Assembly: GCA_039818205.1 (NCBI GenBank)
Contig: JBCBUK010000011.1
Span: 32,001 to 96,000, forward strand
DNA length: 64,000 bases
Direction of reading: 5' to 3'
From: Verrucomicrobiota bacterium
GTDB taxonomy: Bacteria > Verrucomicrobiota > Verrucomicrobiia > Opitutales > Cerasicoccaceae
Within the stretch, counting starts at the first letter, position 1. Every line of letters begins with the position of its first letter. Below, piece after piece: positions 1 to 8,802 of this stretch. Made by a program: the position numbers and the translations under genes. Below the pieces are notes generated by a model. The model did no database searches. It saw only the letters and a program-made list of their open reading frames with translations, and was not told the origin of the DNA.

Positions 1-2
1 GC

Positions 3-617
3 TTTCCTGCGTTGGCTGTCGTGTTGCTTTTTGCTGGCTGCGCGGAGTCGACCTTTACGGCCTATAAGGGAGCTCAGGTAGATTGGCCAACCTCGCCAGG
101 CGCTTTCATAGATGAGTCTTGTTCGCTGCCGATCTACAGGGAGGGTTACCCGGACAGGGCTTACGAGGTCCTAGGCACGGTCTCGACGAAAACCGCGCCA
201 GTGCGGCGTAGCGAGACGCTTTGCTTGGCCGCCGAAAAGGCAAAGGAAATGGGCGCTGATGCTGTGTTGTTCCTGGATGAGTCGAAAGAGTATGTTGGGA
301 CGACCGGCGGCGGCAATTTCTACAATTACGGCGGTAGTGTGACCGGCTACACTGATCATGGGACGGCACTTTATGCAGGTCGCGCGGCGGTATATGCTAT
401 CAAGTTTATTGATTCGCCAAAGCCCGCTACTCCTCAAAACCGGTTTGGTGGTATTCCGGTCGACGAGAATCAGCCGACGAGGCAAGAGTATCTGCAGGCG
501 GCGGCGATTTGGCGGGCAGAAGCCCGCGCAAAGGCAGACCAGGGCGACTATCAAGCAGCAGCTGATTTGCAGACGAGGGCCGAGCAAGCCGAAGCTGCCG
601 CTGGAGGCGTCAACTAG
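3..617 (+). CDS. Prophage lipoprotein (5' end probably outside window); YbjQ/RcsF-like core plus scaffold-like C-terminal helical hairpin
   Basis: Frame is open from the window edge; lipobox LFAGC; core DRAYEVLGTV...AKEMGADAVL; C-terminal 43 aa align to the scaffold ORF. Confidence 0.75.
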   Translation, partial: FPALAVVLLFAGCAESTFTAYKGAQVDWPTSPGAFIDESCSLPIYREGYPDRAYEVLGTVSTKTAPVRRSETLCLAAEKAKEMGADAVLFLDESKEYVGTTGGGNFYNYGGSVTGYTDHGTALYAGRAAVYAIKFIDSPKPATPQNRFGGIPVDENQPTRQEYLQAAAIWRAEARAKADQGDYQAAADLQTRAEQAEAAAGGVN

Positions 618-1118
618 TTAGATTCCGGCACTGCGATTGGTGATCCCCGAATAGAGGCCGTCGGCAATCGATGTGAGCATGAGGTTGCGTTCGCTATTGT
701 TCAGCTGCCCGACGAGGAGAGAAATTTTGGCGAGCATTTTCGCTTCGTCGTTTTTCCAGGCTGCTTTGTTGGGGGATTTGCTGATGCTTTCGAGTATTTC
801 GCTGATGAGGATTCGAAGCGCGTTGCAGGCATCTGGCGGGACGTTCTTCAGTTTCAGCTGATCAATGAAGCGATCAATGAGCGCGTTTGGCTCGGTCGCT
901 TCGGGCAACTTCGCATTGAGAAATGAAATAAGCAGCTGATTGCGAACATCTTCGGACACGCGGAGATAAATCTGTTTAAAGGTCTCCATGCTCACCGGCT
1001 GGTTGCTGTAGATCCGAGACAGGGTTGCTGGATCTATAGCTAAATGCTGAGCAAAGTCTTTCTGGTTCAGGGCCAATCTGGTCTGCTCATCCTTAAGGAA
1101 TTGAGCGACTTCAATCAT
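618..1118 (-). CDS. XRE-family HTH transcriptional regulator
   Basis: N-terminal LNQKDFAQHLAIDPATLSRIY HTH motif; lies in the leftward immunity operon. Confidence 0.8.
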   Translation of the reverse strand: MIEVAQFLKDEQTRLALNQKDFAQHLAIDPATLSRIYSNQPVSMETFKQIYLRVSEDVRNQLLISFLNAKLPEATEPNALIDRFIDQLKLKNVPPDACNALRILISEILESISKSPNKAAWKNDEAKMLAKISLLVGQLNNSERNLMLTSIADGLYSGITNRSAGI

Positions 1119-1225
1119 AAAGTGTTTATCGACATAAAAAACCCTCTTTTAAGACGGTTTTCAGGATCAGATTGAAGAGCTTCAACTCGACAGTCGAGTT
1201 TTTAATCGGTCAAATTATAATCAGA

Positions 1226-1957
1226 CTAAGAGCGCAATTCGTTATGATACAGCCGATAACATTCAAGGACAATTTGCAACTCCTCGACCGAATAGGGCCA
1301 ATCGTTCGAGAAATACTCGGTGATTTGGTCGGGGTGGCCGGCCTTCGCTCCAGGGCGGGCCAGCTGGTAAAACTCGTTGTGCAGCGCAGGATAGCGTTGT
1401 TGGATGTCGATCAGGGCGGCCTTGGGCTCCGAGGGGAGCTTGAGGCCGTCGGGCTGTTGGCGAGCCATGTTCGCAATAAATGGGCTGGCAGGCTCGGCAA
1501 CCATTTCGGTTACGTTCTCGTTACTAGTGATATAATTCTTAGAACCTTCTTGAGAATTCGCTGTCAATGATGTCTGTGCCTGCAATTCCGCCAAAATTTC
1601 CTTCCGCATCTTCTCGAGGTCGGCATTGGTTACGGCAGTGTTTTTCGAGGATGACGGACGCTTGGAAGCTGAGGCTTCTTGCCGAGTCTTTTCCATGTCC
1701 TGGTTCAATTGGATTTGCTTCTCGGCTTCGGCTGCGGTGTAGCCTGTGGCCTGTAGCTCCTCCTGACTGACCGGCTGAACTTTGAATTCCTGAACAAGCC
1801 TCAAATTGCCATCCATTGCAGAGAAGAGTAGCCGTCTGATGTATTCAGACATTGTGATGCCTTGCTCGCCAGCTAACTTCTTCAGTTCGCTGTGCCGCCA
1901 TTTCGGTACGTTGACACCTATGGTTTCGGTATTTGGACCCTTGGGATTGCTTGGCAT
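1226..1957 (-). CDS. Ribbon-helix-helix protein, putative prophage repressor
   Basis: TETIGVNVPKWRHSELKKLAGEQGITMSEYIRRLL fits the CopG/Arc RHH pattern; divergent from the early lytic operon. Confidence 0.65.
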   Translation of the reverse strand: MPSNPKGPNTETIGVNVPKWRHSELKKLAGEQGITMSEYIRRLLFSAMDGNLRLVQEFKVQPVSQEELQATGYTAAEAEKQIQLNQDMEKTRQEASASKRPSSSKNTAVTNADLEKMRKEILAELQAQTSLTANSQEGSKNYITSNENVTEMVAEPASPFIANMARQQPDGLKLPSEPKAALIDIQQRYPALHNEFYQLARPGAKAGHPDQITEYFSNDWPYSVEELQIVLECYRLYHNELRS

Positions 1958-2012
1958 GGTTTAACTGATCTTAAGGATGGTTAAACATATTCCATAAAAC
2001 TTTTCAAACTAA

Positions 2013-2071
2013 TTAAAGAATATTTAAAGAATTGCCGTTGACATGCGCAAGACTTTTAACAGTATTAAAAG
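2013..2071 (+). promoter_or_regulatory. Divergent immunity promoter/operator region
   Basis: TTGACA at 2038-2043; direct repeat TTAAAGAAT at 2013-2021 and 2024-2032; inverted repeat CTTTTAA-N5-TTAAAAG at 2053-2071. Confidence 0.5.
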
Positions 2072-2073
2072 AA

Positions 2074-2268
2074 ATGAAACGGATTCGCATAGCTTTCTCT
2101 CGTGCTGAAAGGGAAGAAATTGAGCAGGCATTTGGTTGCGATCTGGAAACGGTCATTGAGGCGGTCGCGATGGATGGGCCAGCCGCTTTCTCAAAAAAGG
2201 ATAAACATGCAGATGGCAGTGAAATACAAGATAGTGGGCTACAAAGTGGCGAAATCGACAACCAGTGA
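2074..2268 (+). CDS. Small Cro-position protein, possibly RHH-like
   Basis: First rightward gene; MKRIRIAFSRAEREEIEQAFG has a beta-strand then helix pattern; ATG at 2074. Confidence 0.45.
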   Translation: MKRIRIAFSRAEREEIEQAFGCDLETVIEAVAMDGPAAFSKKDKHADGSEIQDSGLQSGEIDNQ

Positions 2269-2401
2269 AGGGCTTGAGAAGGCCGTTATGAACTTGCTTT
2301 CAAAGGGATTTAAGCTGCACGGTGAGTTGAAGGTTGCCGATGGTGGAATGCTGACGAAGCCGGCCTTGTTGCAGGTTATGGTGAAGTATGCACCGCGATA
2401 A
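2207..2401 (+). CDS. DUF1737-like small protein
   Basis: YKV...LEKAVMNLLSKGFKLHG...LLQVMVK pattern; AAGGA RBS before ATG 2207. Confidence 0.55.
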   Translation: MQMAVKYKIVGYKVAKSTTSEGLEKAVMNLLSKGFKLHGELKVADGGMLTKPALLQVMVKYAPR

Positions 2402-2444
2402 AATTTTCTCATATTCTTTTAAAGAACTTTAAATTTAAGACGTC

Positions 2445-2699
2445 ATGAATGATGAAAATTCATCTGCGACAAAGCGGAAAATGATCGCCCCAAGAGGGCA
2501 CCTAACTCGCGAGCAGGTTATGGAAAGATTCAACATATCCGCTCCAACCTGGAACACGTGGCGCAAGCGGTCGGGAATACCGAAGGGAATCAAAGGGTGC
2601 TATCGAGAAGAAGACATCCAAAGCATCGAGCGCGGATCTTGGAAAGATGATTTTCAGGCTCGCTACAATATTAACACGCGCTGGAAGCGCCTAAGCTAA
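2445..2699 (+). CDS. Excisionase/AlpA-like winged-HTH protein
   Basis: HLTREQVMERFNISAPTWNTWRKRSGIPKG motif. Confidence 0.7.
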   Translation: MNDENSSATKRKMIAPRGHLTREQVMERFNISAPTWNTWRKRSGIPKGIKGCYREEDIQSIERGSWKDDFQARYNINTRWKRLS

Positions 2700-2706
2700 A
2701 AAGACA

Positions 2707-3462
2707 ATGGACTTACTGCCGGAAAATTTTTGCGTGGTTGATTTGGAGACTTCAAACCTGGATCCAGAGGACGGGGTGATTCTTGAGATTGGGGCCTGCT
2801 TACCGTGTGGGGCCATCTTTGAGGCGACCATTCACCAGCCGGTTCAGGATGGACAACCGGCATTTTGCCACTCGGATAAGGCGCTGCAGGTAAACGGGTG
2901 GACGCCGGAGCGTAACGAGAACGCTGAATATATGTCTGAGTTGGCGGCAATTGAGGACCTGTTGAAATGGCTCCAAGATTTCTCGATCGATCATCGGGCA
3001 GAAACGGGGGAGGAAGTTCAATGGCTCTTTGCGGGAAAGAATCCGCGCTTTGATTGGGATTGGTTGCTGTTCTACGTGCGGAAAGATCCGCGCTTGGTGG
3101 AACTCTTTCGGATCTTTAGCCGGCGCACCATCGATTTGCATAGCTGGGCCTATGCGTGGGGAATGACCCGGGGCTTTGACCTGACAGAGCCGGGATTCAA
3201 CACCGACAAGCTCTATGCCGCACTAGGATTTGAGCAAGAGCCAATGCCGCACCGTGCTTTGGCGGGCGCGCAATTGGCGATGAAAGTATTTAAGCGGCTC
3301 AGGATTGAGCTAGCCGAATCGCGCGAAGTCGCGGAACGCCTGGCCACCGCAAACGCATTGATCGGGGACTACCAGGAAACCGAGTCGGCTCTAGGCCGCG
3401 AGCTGCGGCGGCGAGAACAAGAACTTGAAGAAGCCCGCCGCGAAATCGCGATACGGGCCTAA
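2707..3462 (+). CDS. DEDDh 3'-5' exonuclease with C-terminal coiled coil
   Basis: VVDLETSNLDP (ExoI), NPRFD (ExoII), PHRALAGA (ExoIII-like). Confidence 0.85.
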   Translation: MDLLPENFCVVDLETSNLDPEDGVILEIGACLPCGAIFEATIHQPVQDGQPAFCHSDKALQVNGWTPERNENAEYMSELAAIEDLLKWLQDFSIDHRAETGEEVQWLFAGKNPRFDWDWLLFYVRKDPRLVELFRIFSRRTIDLHSWAYAWGMTRGFDLTEPGFNTDKLYAALGFEQEPMPHRALAGAQLAMKVFKRLRIELAESREVAERLATANALIGDYQETESALGRELRRREQELEEARREIAIRA

Positions 3463-3491
3463 CCACACACGAACCACGAACACCAACTACG

Positions 3492-3821
3492 ATGATACCA
3501 TTAGATCAGACAGAGGCGAAGAACGCCTTCGTTGAAAACGGTTTCGATTTCGATCAGATCGATGCCAACCTCGACAAAATCAACCGCCTCTTTGACGCCG
3601 CCAGCCGAGGCGGCCCAGCTGGCAGCGGTGGAGAGCAGAGAGCCCGGGAGCTGGCCAAGCTAATGAGCAAGGCTATTGAGGAATGCGCCGGAACCGACAT
3701 GGAAATTGTTGAAGGGGCCGCCGTTCTAATGTGTTACGCCTCGCTCGGTGGTAGCGGCTATTGTGCCGCGCGCAAAATGCTGGACCAGCGCGGATACAAA
3801 CGGAAGCCGCGCCGCCGCTAG
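3492..3821 (+). CDS. Hypothetical phage protein
   Basis: 109-aa ATG ORF within the early operon. Confidence 0.6.
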   Translation: MIPLDQTEAKNAFVENGFDFDQIDANLDKINRLFDAASRGGPAGSGGEQRARELAKLMSKAIEECAGTDMEIVEGAAVLMCYASLGGSGYCAARKMLDQRGYKRKPRRR

Positions 3822-3849
3822 GTCTGCCGCCCAAACAAAAACTAAAGCG

Positions 3850-4041
3850 ATGTTACCCGCTTGGAAAGTTAGAGAGGTCATGGCCCAGAAGCAATGCGAC
3901 TGGTCGACGGCTTGCAGTATCTTATCCAAACGGGGGCACGCGAAGCGTCGGAGTAAAAAAGCGGCAGCGGATCGCGCGGCGGAGGAAGAGAAACGGCGGA
4001 AGGACTACCAAAAATATCTAGAAGATATGCACTTGGATTAA
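3850..4041 (+). CDS. Hypothetical small basic phage protein
   Basis: ATG at 3850 is in frame with track ORF 3748-4041 and fits operon packing. Confidence 0.5.
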   Translation: MLPAWKVREVMAQKQCDWSTACSILSKRGHAKRRSKKAAADRAAEEEKRRKDYQKYLEDMHLD

Positions 4042-4057
4042 CCAAACCTATCATACG

Positions 4058-4432
4058 ATGAACGAAAAAGATCAACCCAACCCACACAGCGCGTTCATGC
4101 GCTTCATGGCCGCACACCAAAACGGCGCACTCGCCCTAGACGTGAGTGAAAAAATGCAAGAATGCACCAAAGCACTAGTTGAGAATGGCAAGAAAGGCGG
4201 GAAAGCCAAGGTCACTATTGAAATCGTTTTCGAGAAGATTGGCCCTGAGCAAATCCTAATCGGACACGAGCCGCTGAAGGTGAAAAAACCAGTTCCGAAA
4301 CGTGACGCTAGCATGTTTTTCACCAACGAGGAAGGCGAACTTGCCCGCAAGCCTTTTAATCAAGATGAGTTTGGCTTTGCTGACGAACAGGACGCTGAGC
4401 AAGTGAAGCGAATCGAGGCGTCGGGCAGCTAG
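4058..4432 (+). CDS. Conserved phage protein typically upstream of DUF2303
   Basis: GKAKVTIEI...MFFTNEEGELARKPFNQ motif and its position. Confidence 0.7.
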   Translation: MNEKDQPNPHSAFMRFMAAHQNGALALDVSEKMQECTKALVENGKKGGKAKVTIEIVFEKIGPEQILIGHEPLKVKKPVPKRDASMFFTNEEGELARKPFNQDEFGFADEQDAEQVKRIEASGS

Positions 4433-4507
4433 AGTTTTCCCTGATTGTGTCCGATCGAGGGTAATGCGGCGGCGTCTATACTTCGCTGGTTACGTATTCG
4501 CCCACCC

Positions 4508-4537
4508 GGTAACCGCATAAAAGCCGGGTTACCTTTT
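4508..4537 (+). terminator. Intrinsic terminator-like hairpin, possibly an attenuator
   Basis: GGTAACC (4508-4514) pairs with GGTTACC (4527-4533), followed by TTTT. Confidence 0.45.
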
Positions 4538-4567
4538 AAAACCTTAAACCAAAAATCGACTAACGTT

Positions 4568-5467
4568 ATGAAACATGGAAACAATGAACCGGGAGACGTA
4601 GACGTATCAGTCTCCCAGCAATCGGACGGAGCCGTTATTGCTGAGCTAGCCAAGCAAGCTGAAGCCTTGCGCGAAGTTCGTAGTGGTAGGGCTTTGGCGG
4701 TGCCTTATGCGATCGTGCAAACCGGTCACACCGTTAAGGCTTGTCCAGAATTATTGAGCGAAAAGAACCGGCGCACGCTACAAACCATCAAGAGCGATTT
4801 GGCCTTTGATGAGGTGCCTAGCTTTATCGCTTATGTAAACCGCTTTAAAGATGAGCGGAGCCGCCTGTTCGTTCTGCCGCAAGAGCATCTGTTTGTTGGC
4901 GTGCTCGACTACCACCCCAGCATGGAAAACCGAATCAGCGCTGGTAAGCTAGATTATCCGGATATGCCGGAACCGTGCCGCCATTGTCCCCAATTGAGTT
5001 TGCGCAAGACACCCGAGGCCCAGGCCTGGCTTACGATTGATAAGCAATGGATCACACAGGAAGACTTCGTAGAGTTTCTGAATGATCACTACTTTGAAAT
5101 CATTGAGCCAGAGGCCGCGAGCGTGCTCGAGCTAGCGCGTAATCTCGAAGTCAAAAATGATGTATCGTTCAAAGGAGTTCAACGCTCGACTGACGGCGGT
5201 TACAACGTGAAATACGAGGAAGAGTCGCACACGAACCAGATGCATGTGCCGGAACTTCTGCAGGTGCGCTTCTCTCTTTATGAGGGCTCCGAGCATGTCG
5301 ATTTCGCGGTGCGGTTGCACTATCGTCTACGCCAAGGCACTTTGCAATTTGCGATCAAGTTTCAACGCCTTGAGCACACAATGCGGGAACACCTGACCTC
5401 GATTCGGGAGCGCATTGAATCGGAAACCGGTTTGCCGGTTTGGAGCGTAAGACACGGGCTTCAGTAG
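4568..5467 (+). CDS. DUF2303 (YfdQ-like) family protein
   Basis: SFIAYVNRF, GVLDYH, ITQEDFVEFL, LYEG...VRLHYR motifs; ATG at 4568. Confidence 0.85.
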   Translation: MKHGNNEPGDVDVSVSQQSDGAVIAELAKQAEALREVRSGRALAVPYAIVQTGHTVKACPELLSEKNRRTLQTIKSDLAFDEVPSFIAYVNRFKDERSRLFVLPQEHLFVGVLDYHPSMENRISAGKLDYPDMPEPCRHCPQLSLRKTPEAQAWLTIDKQWITQEDFVEFLNDHYFEIIEPEAASVLELARNLEVKNDVSFKGVQRSTDGGYNVKYEEESHTNQMHVPELLQVRFSLYEGSEHVDFAVRLHYRLRQGTLQFAIKFQRLEHTMREHLTSIRERIESETGLPVWSVRHGLQ

Positions 5468-5516
5468 ATTTCCAGGAAGCTGGAAGAATCAACGTAGCAA
5501 AGCAAGTAGTGGTAAA

Positions 5517-5548
5517 GGGGGGCGCGGTTTTAGGAGTCCGCGCCCCCT
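5517..5548 (+). terminator. GC-rich hairpin in the early operon
   Basis: GGGGGCGCGG...CCGCGCCCCC inverted repeat; weak U-tract. Confidence 0.35.
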
Positions 5549-5570
5549 GAACCAAAACCAATATAGTAAC

Positions 5571-5852
5571 ATGAGTCTTAGCATAGGTAATCCATCAAGA
5601 ATTCTTCCGGAATCAGGAACCGACAATGGCTTTACCATGATCGTCGGGGATGATCCATCGAAAGGCACCCACCTTTTTACAACGGAATGCGTTAAGCTCG
5701 GGCATCGCCTTGAACAGCAGGGCAAGAACCTAGTCAGCGTTCAAGTTTACGAATGGTATGACTCGGCATTTGGCGCACTTGTGCGCGTAGAGGCAGACGT
5801 GAAACTAAGGCTCAAGACAAATTGGGAGGAAGTGCCGCATGGCGACGAATAG
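5571..5852 (+). CDS. Hypothetical phage protein
   Basis: 93-aa ORF overlapping the start of the next gene. Confidence 0.6.
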   Translation: MSLSIGNPSRILPESGTDNGFTMIVGDDPSKGTHLFTTECVKLGHRLEQQGKNLVSVQVYEWYDSAFGALVRVEADVKLRLKTNWEEVPHGDE

Positions 5853-6984
5853 TAGTATTGAATGGTGCGATCACACGTTTAACGGGTGGGAAGGGTGCAC
5901 CAAAGTAAGCCCGGGTTGTGCGAACTGCTACGCGGAGAATCGCAATAGTCGGTTCAATGGTGGAAGCTCGGTAAACTGGGGTAAGGGTGCGCCTAGGCGG
6001 AAAACATCCGATAACAATTGGAAATTGCCCCTTCGGTGGAATCGTGAAGCCGAAGCTGATCTAATGAAGTGGGAAGTCTTTTACAATGTGAAAGGGCCCG
6101 CACACTGTCCGCGCCCAAGACGGCCAAGAGTATTTTCAGCGTCGCTTGCAGATTGGCTGGATCCCGAGATTCCCATTGAATGGCTGGTGGATCTGCTGTT
6201 CCTTGTTCAATCGACACCTAGCCTTGACTGGCTGCTGCTCACGAAACGACCAGAGTTGTGGTATGATCGCATAGCTGATGCTCGATTGTGGGTTGAGGAA
6301 GCACATACCCGCTTGGCTCCTCTAAATCGTGCTCTAAGTAACTGGCTGGGGGCCTGGCTCGATGAGTGGCATGGGCTACGCAAGGTTGCTCAATCGGGGA
6401 CTCCGCATAACGTTTGGATTGGCACGAGTGTGGAAGATCAAATCCGGGCTGATCAACGCATACCTGCCTTGCTGAAGATTCCGGCGAAGGTTCGATTTCT
6501 TTCGTGCGAGCCGTTGCTTGGAGAAGTGGATATCAACCATTATCTAGACAATGCTCCACTAGATGGCGGGTATTTTGGCCGCTCCTTACTTGATTGGGTG
6601 ATTGTCGGCGGCGAATCAGGACCCAATGCGCGCCCCATGCATCCTGACTGGGCGCGGTCGCTTCGTGATCAATGCCAAGAGGCAGGAGTGCCGTTTTTCT
6701 TTAAGCAGTGGGGCGAGTGGGCACCGTGGCAAAAAGACGATTACGTAGAGGAACAATGGTGCGTAAAGCCAGATGGTGATTTGTCATGGGTATCAGGGGA
6801 CCTATCCGACGGCATTCTAAACAACTGGTCCAAGAATTATGCTGCAGGTGATCACGTTATTACCAGGGTCGGCAAGAAAGCGGCGGGCCGGCTACTAGAT
6901 CTCCGTGAGTGGAATGAACTGCCCATGTTAACTTTTGCCCCCTCAAGTGAGGCGAAGAAAATTAACATGGAGGGCGGATCGTGA
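5839..6984 (+). CDS. DUF5131 / phage Gp37-Gp68 family protein (radical-SAM-like CxxxxxxCxxC)
   Basis: IEWCDHTFN, GCTKVSPGCANCYA, LLLTKRP, RFLSCEPLLG, WVIVGGESG, PFFFKQWG. Confidence 0.92.
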   Translation: MATNSSIEWCDHTFNGWEGCTKVSPGCANCYAENRNSRFNGGSSVNWGKGAPRRKTSDNNWKLPLRWNREAEADLMKWEVFYNVKGPAHCPRPRRPRVFSASLADWLDPEIPIEWLVDLLFLVQSTPSLDWLLLTKRPELWYDRIADARLWVEEAHTRLAPLNRALSNWLGAWLDEWHGLRKVAQSGTPHNVWIGTSVEDQIRADQRIPALLKIPAKVRFLSCEPLLGEVDINHYLDNAPLDGGYFGRSLLDWVIVGGESGPNARPMHPDWARSLRDQCQEAGVPFFFKQWGEWAPWQKDDYVEEQWCVKPDGDLSWVSGDLSDGILNNWSKNYAAGDHVITRVGKKAAGRLLDLREWNELPMLTFAPSSEAKKINMEGGS

Positions 6985-7003
6985 AATATTGGAGGACAGA
7001 GCG

Positions 7004-7474
7004 ATGAAGAATAGCAGAATACGGTGCATCTCCCTTTGGCAACCCTGGGCCTCTCTCATGGCCTGCGGTGCCAAGTTCCTTGAGACGCGGAGCTGGGACA
7101 CCCGTGTGCGCGGTGAAGTTTTTATTCATGCCAGCAAGACAAGGAGGGGAATTCGGGAACTCATTGAGCTAGACGACGACAGAATACTGTCGGCTATGGA
7201 AGAGGCTTTAAAACTAGCCCCCATCTATTGGGAGCATGATCTTCCCTTTGGTGCTATTCTGGCATGCGGCCAGTTGAGTGATACCCACCTGGTAGAGAAC
7301 ACTATCGAGGAATTCGAAGAACAAGAGCCCTTTGGTAATTTTGATCCGGGTCGGTATGCACATGAGTATCGAGATCTAAGGAGTATCGTGCCGATTCCAT
7401 TTAAGGGGGCGCAGGGCTTCTTCTTTGCCGATGTGCCAAGGGCTGCAATTGAAATCAAACTCATCAACCAGTAG
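7004..7474 (+). CDS. ASCH domain protein
   Basis: ISLWQPWASL..G.K..ETRSW.T..RG...IHAS; IPFKGAQGFF. Confidence 0.9.
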   Translation: MKNSRIRCISLWQPWASLMACGAKFLETRSWDTRVRGEVFIHASKTRRGIRELIELDDDRILSAMEEALKLAPIYWEHDLPFGAILACGQLSDTHLVENTIEEFEEQEPFGNFDPGRYAHEYRDLRSIVPIPFKGAQGFFFADVPRAAIEIKLINQ

Positions 7475-7482
7475 GCAATCCA

Positions 7483-8073
7483 ATGAGTGACACACCAAAG
7501 ACCTACGAAAGCGCAATCGACTGCATTATCGAGTTGGATTTCAAGATTGCCAAACTTAAGCGCGAGAACGCCGAGCTGGAAAAGAAGGTTGATATTGCAA
7601 AGGAGGCAATAGCTCGGCTCAGCGATGAACTCAAGAATCTGCGAGAGGATACAGAGGGCGATGCTGAACAGGTCCTATTGCTCACTCAGCGCGTCGAGAC
7701 ACTGACGAGGGAGAACACCGAGCTGCGGCAAAATCCACGCGACGAGTATCATACAATGGAAGAACTGTATGAATATCGAATGCTTTACCACGCGCATGCA
7801 GTCAACAGCTGGCAAACACAAGGTGTCCCTGTAGTTAAGTCTAGGCGACATGCGACCGGCGAGGACTGCTTTGACGGCAAATACTTTATTGTTGTTGCGA
7901 CATTGCCCACAGGCCAAGTCAGCAACCACTACAAATTAGACTATTGGGATTTGTTTGATGTGGCCGAGGTTGATATTCCGCCCGAGTGGGACGGTCACAC
8001 GCCTACGGTTGCGGCTGAACGAATCAAACACGCGATAAAATTTCTAAAAGCTACCGATGAACAAGCTATCTAA
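7483..8073 (+). CDS. Coiled-coil plus WDGH-domain protein
   Basis: KSRRH..G..CF...FIVVA.LPTGQVSNHY...WDLF...PEWDGHT. Confidence 0.8.
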   Translation: MSDTPKTYESAIDCIIELDFKIAKLKRENAELEKKVDIAKEAIARLSDELKNLREDTEGDAEQVLLLTQRVETLTRENTELRQNPRDEYHTMEELYEYRMLYHAHAVNSWQTQGVPVVKSRRHATGEDCFDGKYFIVVATLPTGQVSNHYKLDYWDLFDVAEVDIPPEWDGHTPTVAAERIKHAIKFLKATDEQAI

Positions 8074-8320
8074 TTTATCACCCTATTATCAAGCGACATT
8101 GGATGATCCTATTGTTCGCAGTGGGCGGAAGGCTGGCGCATCGAATGAATCAATCATTGGCGCAATGTATCAACGCCATCAAGCAATGAAAAAGCGGTTG
8201 ATGGATCTTGAGATGATCGCTCCGCGACGGATCAAAGTAGGCGATTCGGAAATGATTTACCGGGTTCCGGAACAGTTTATTCCCGTCGACGATTATAACC
8301 TTAAACAAAAGAACCAATGA
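8057..8320 (+). CDS. Hypothetical phage protein
   Basis: 87-aa ORF overlapping its neighbours. Confidence 0.6.
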   Translation: MNKLSNLSPYYQATLDDPIVRSGRKAGASNESIIGAMYQRHQAMKKRLMDLEMIAPRRIKVGDSEMIYRVPEQFIPVDDYNLKQKNQ

Positions 8321-8802
8321 GCTTACCAAACGATACACGAGCAAACGAAGAGGTGCTAACTGCACGATTGCAAATTAACTTTCCTTCACTGCGTTCGCAA
8401 GTCGCGCTGATGGTGCGTGACACGACGGAAAAACTCGTCGACGAGTTCCGTCAAAGCGAAGGTGAACGGATCCGCGAAATGGCGAGAGAGGCAACTAACG
8501 AATGCTTGCCGGAGATCGTACAAGAAGAGGTTGAGAAGGCGTTGCGGCAGGCCGTGAATGAAGCGATCGGCAAACAGTATTCGGCGTTCGAAGCGATGGC
8601 CCAAGCGCACATTGACGCAGAGGTCGAACGCTTTCGCGTAGAGGCCGCACCCGTAAATATTCGGGCGGGCATCGGCGAAGCGCGCCAGGCTGCGCTCGAG
8701 CTTGGCTGGCAAATCGAGAAATGCGGTGCTTCCACTGAATTGACTAACGCGATCGTGATGGCATCCGAACTAACCGAGAAATTGAACAAGCTTTTACCAT
8801 GA
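8317..8802 (+). CDS. Hypothetical helical phage protein
   Basis: 161-aa ORF with ATGA overlaps at both ends. Confidence 0.65.
   Translation: MSLPNDTRANEEVLTARLQINFPSLRSQVALMVRDTTEKLVDEFRQSEGERIREMAREATNECLPEIVQEEVEKALRQAVNEAIGKQYSAFEAMAQAHIDAEVERFRVEAAPVNIRAGIGEARQAALELGWQIEKCGASTELTNAIVMASELTEKLNKLLP

Noticed and set aside
1172..1570. 132-aa plus-strand ORF
   Set aside because: Antisense shadow of the RHH repressor gene; TTG start and no motif.
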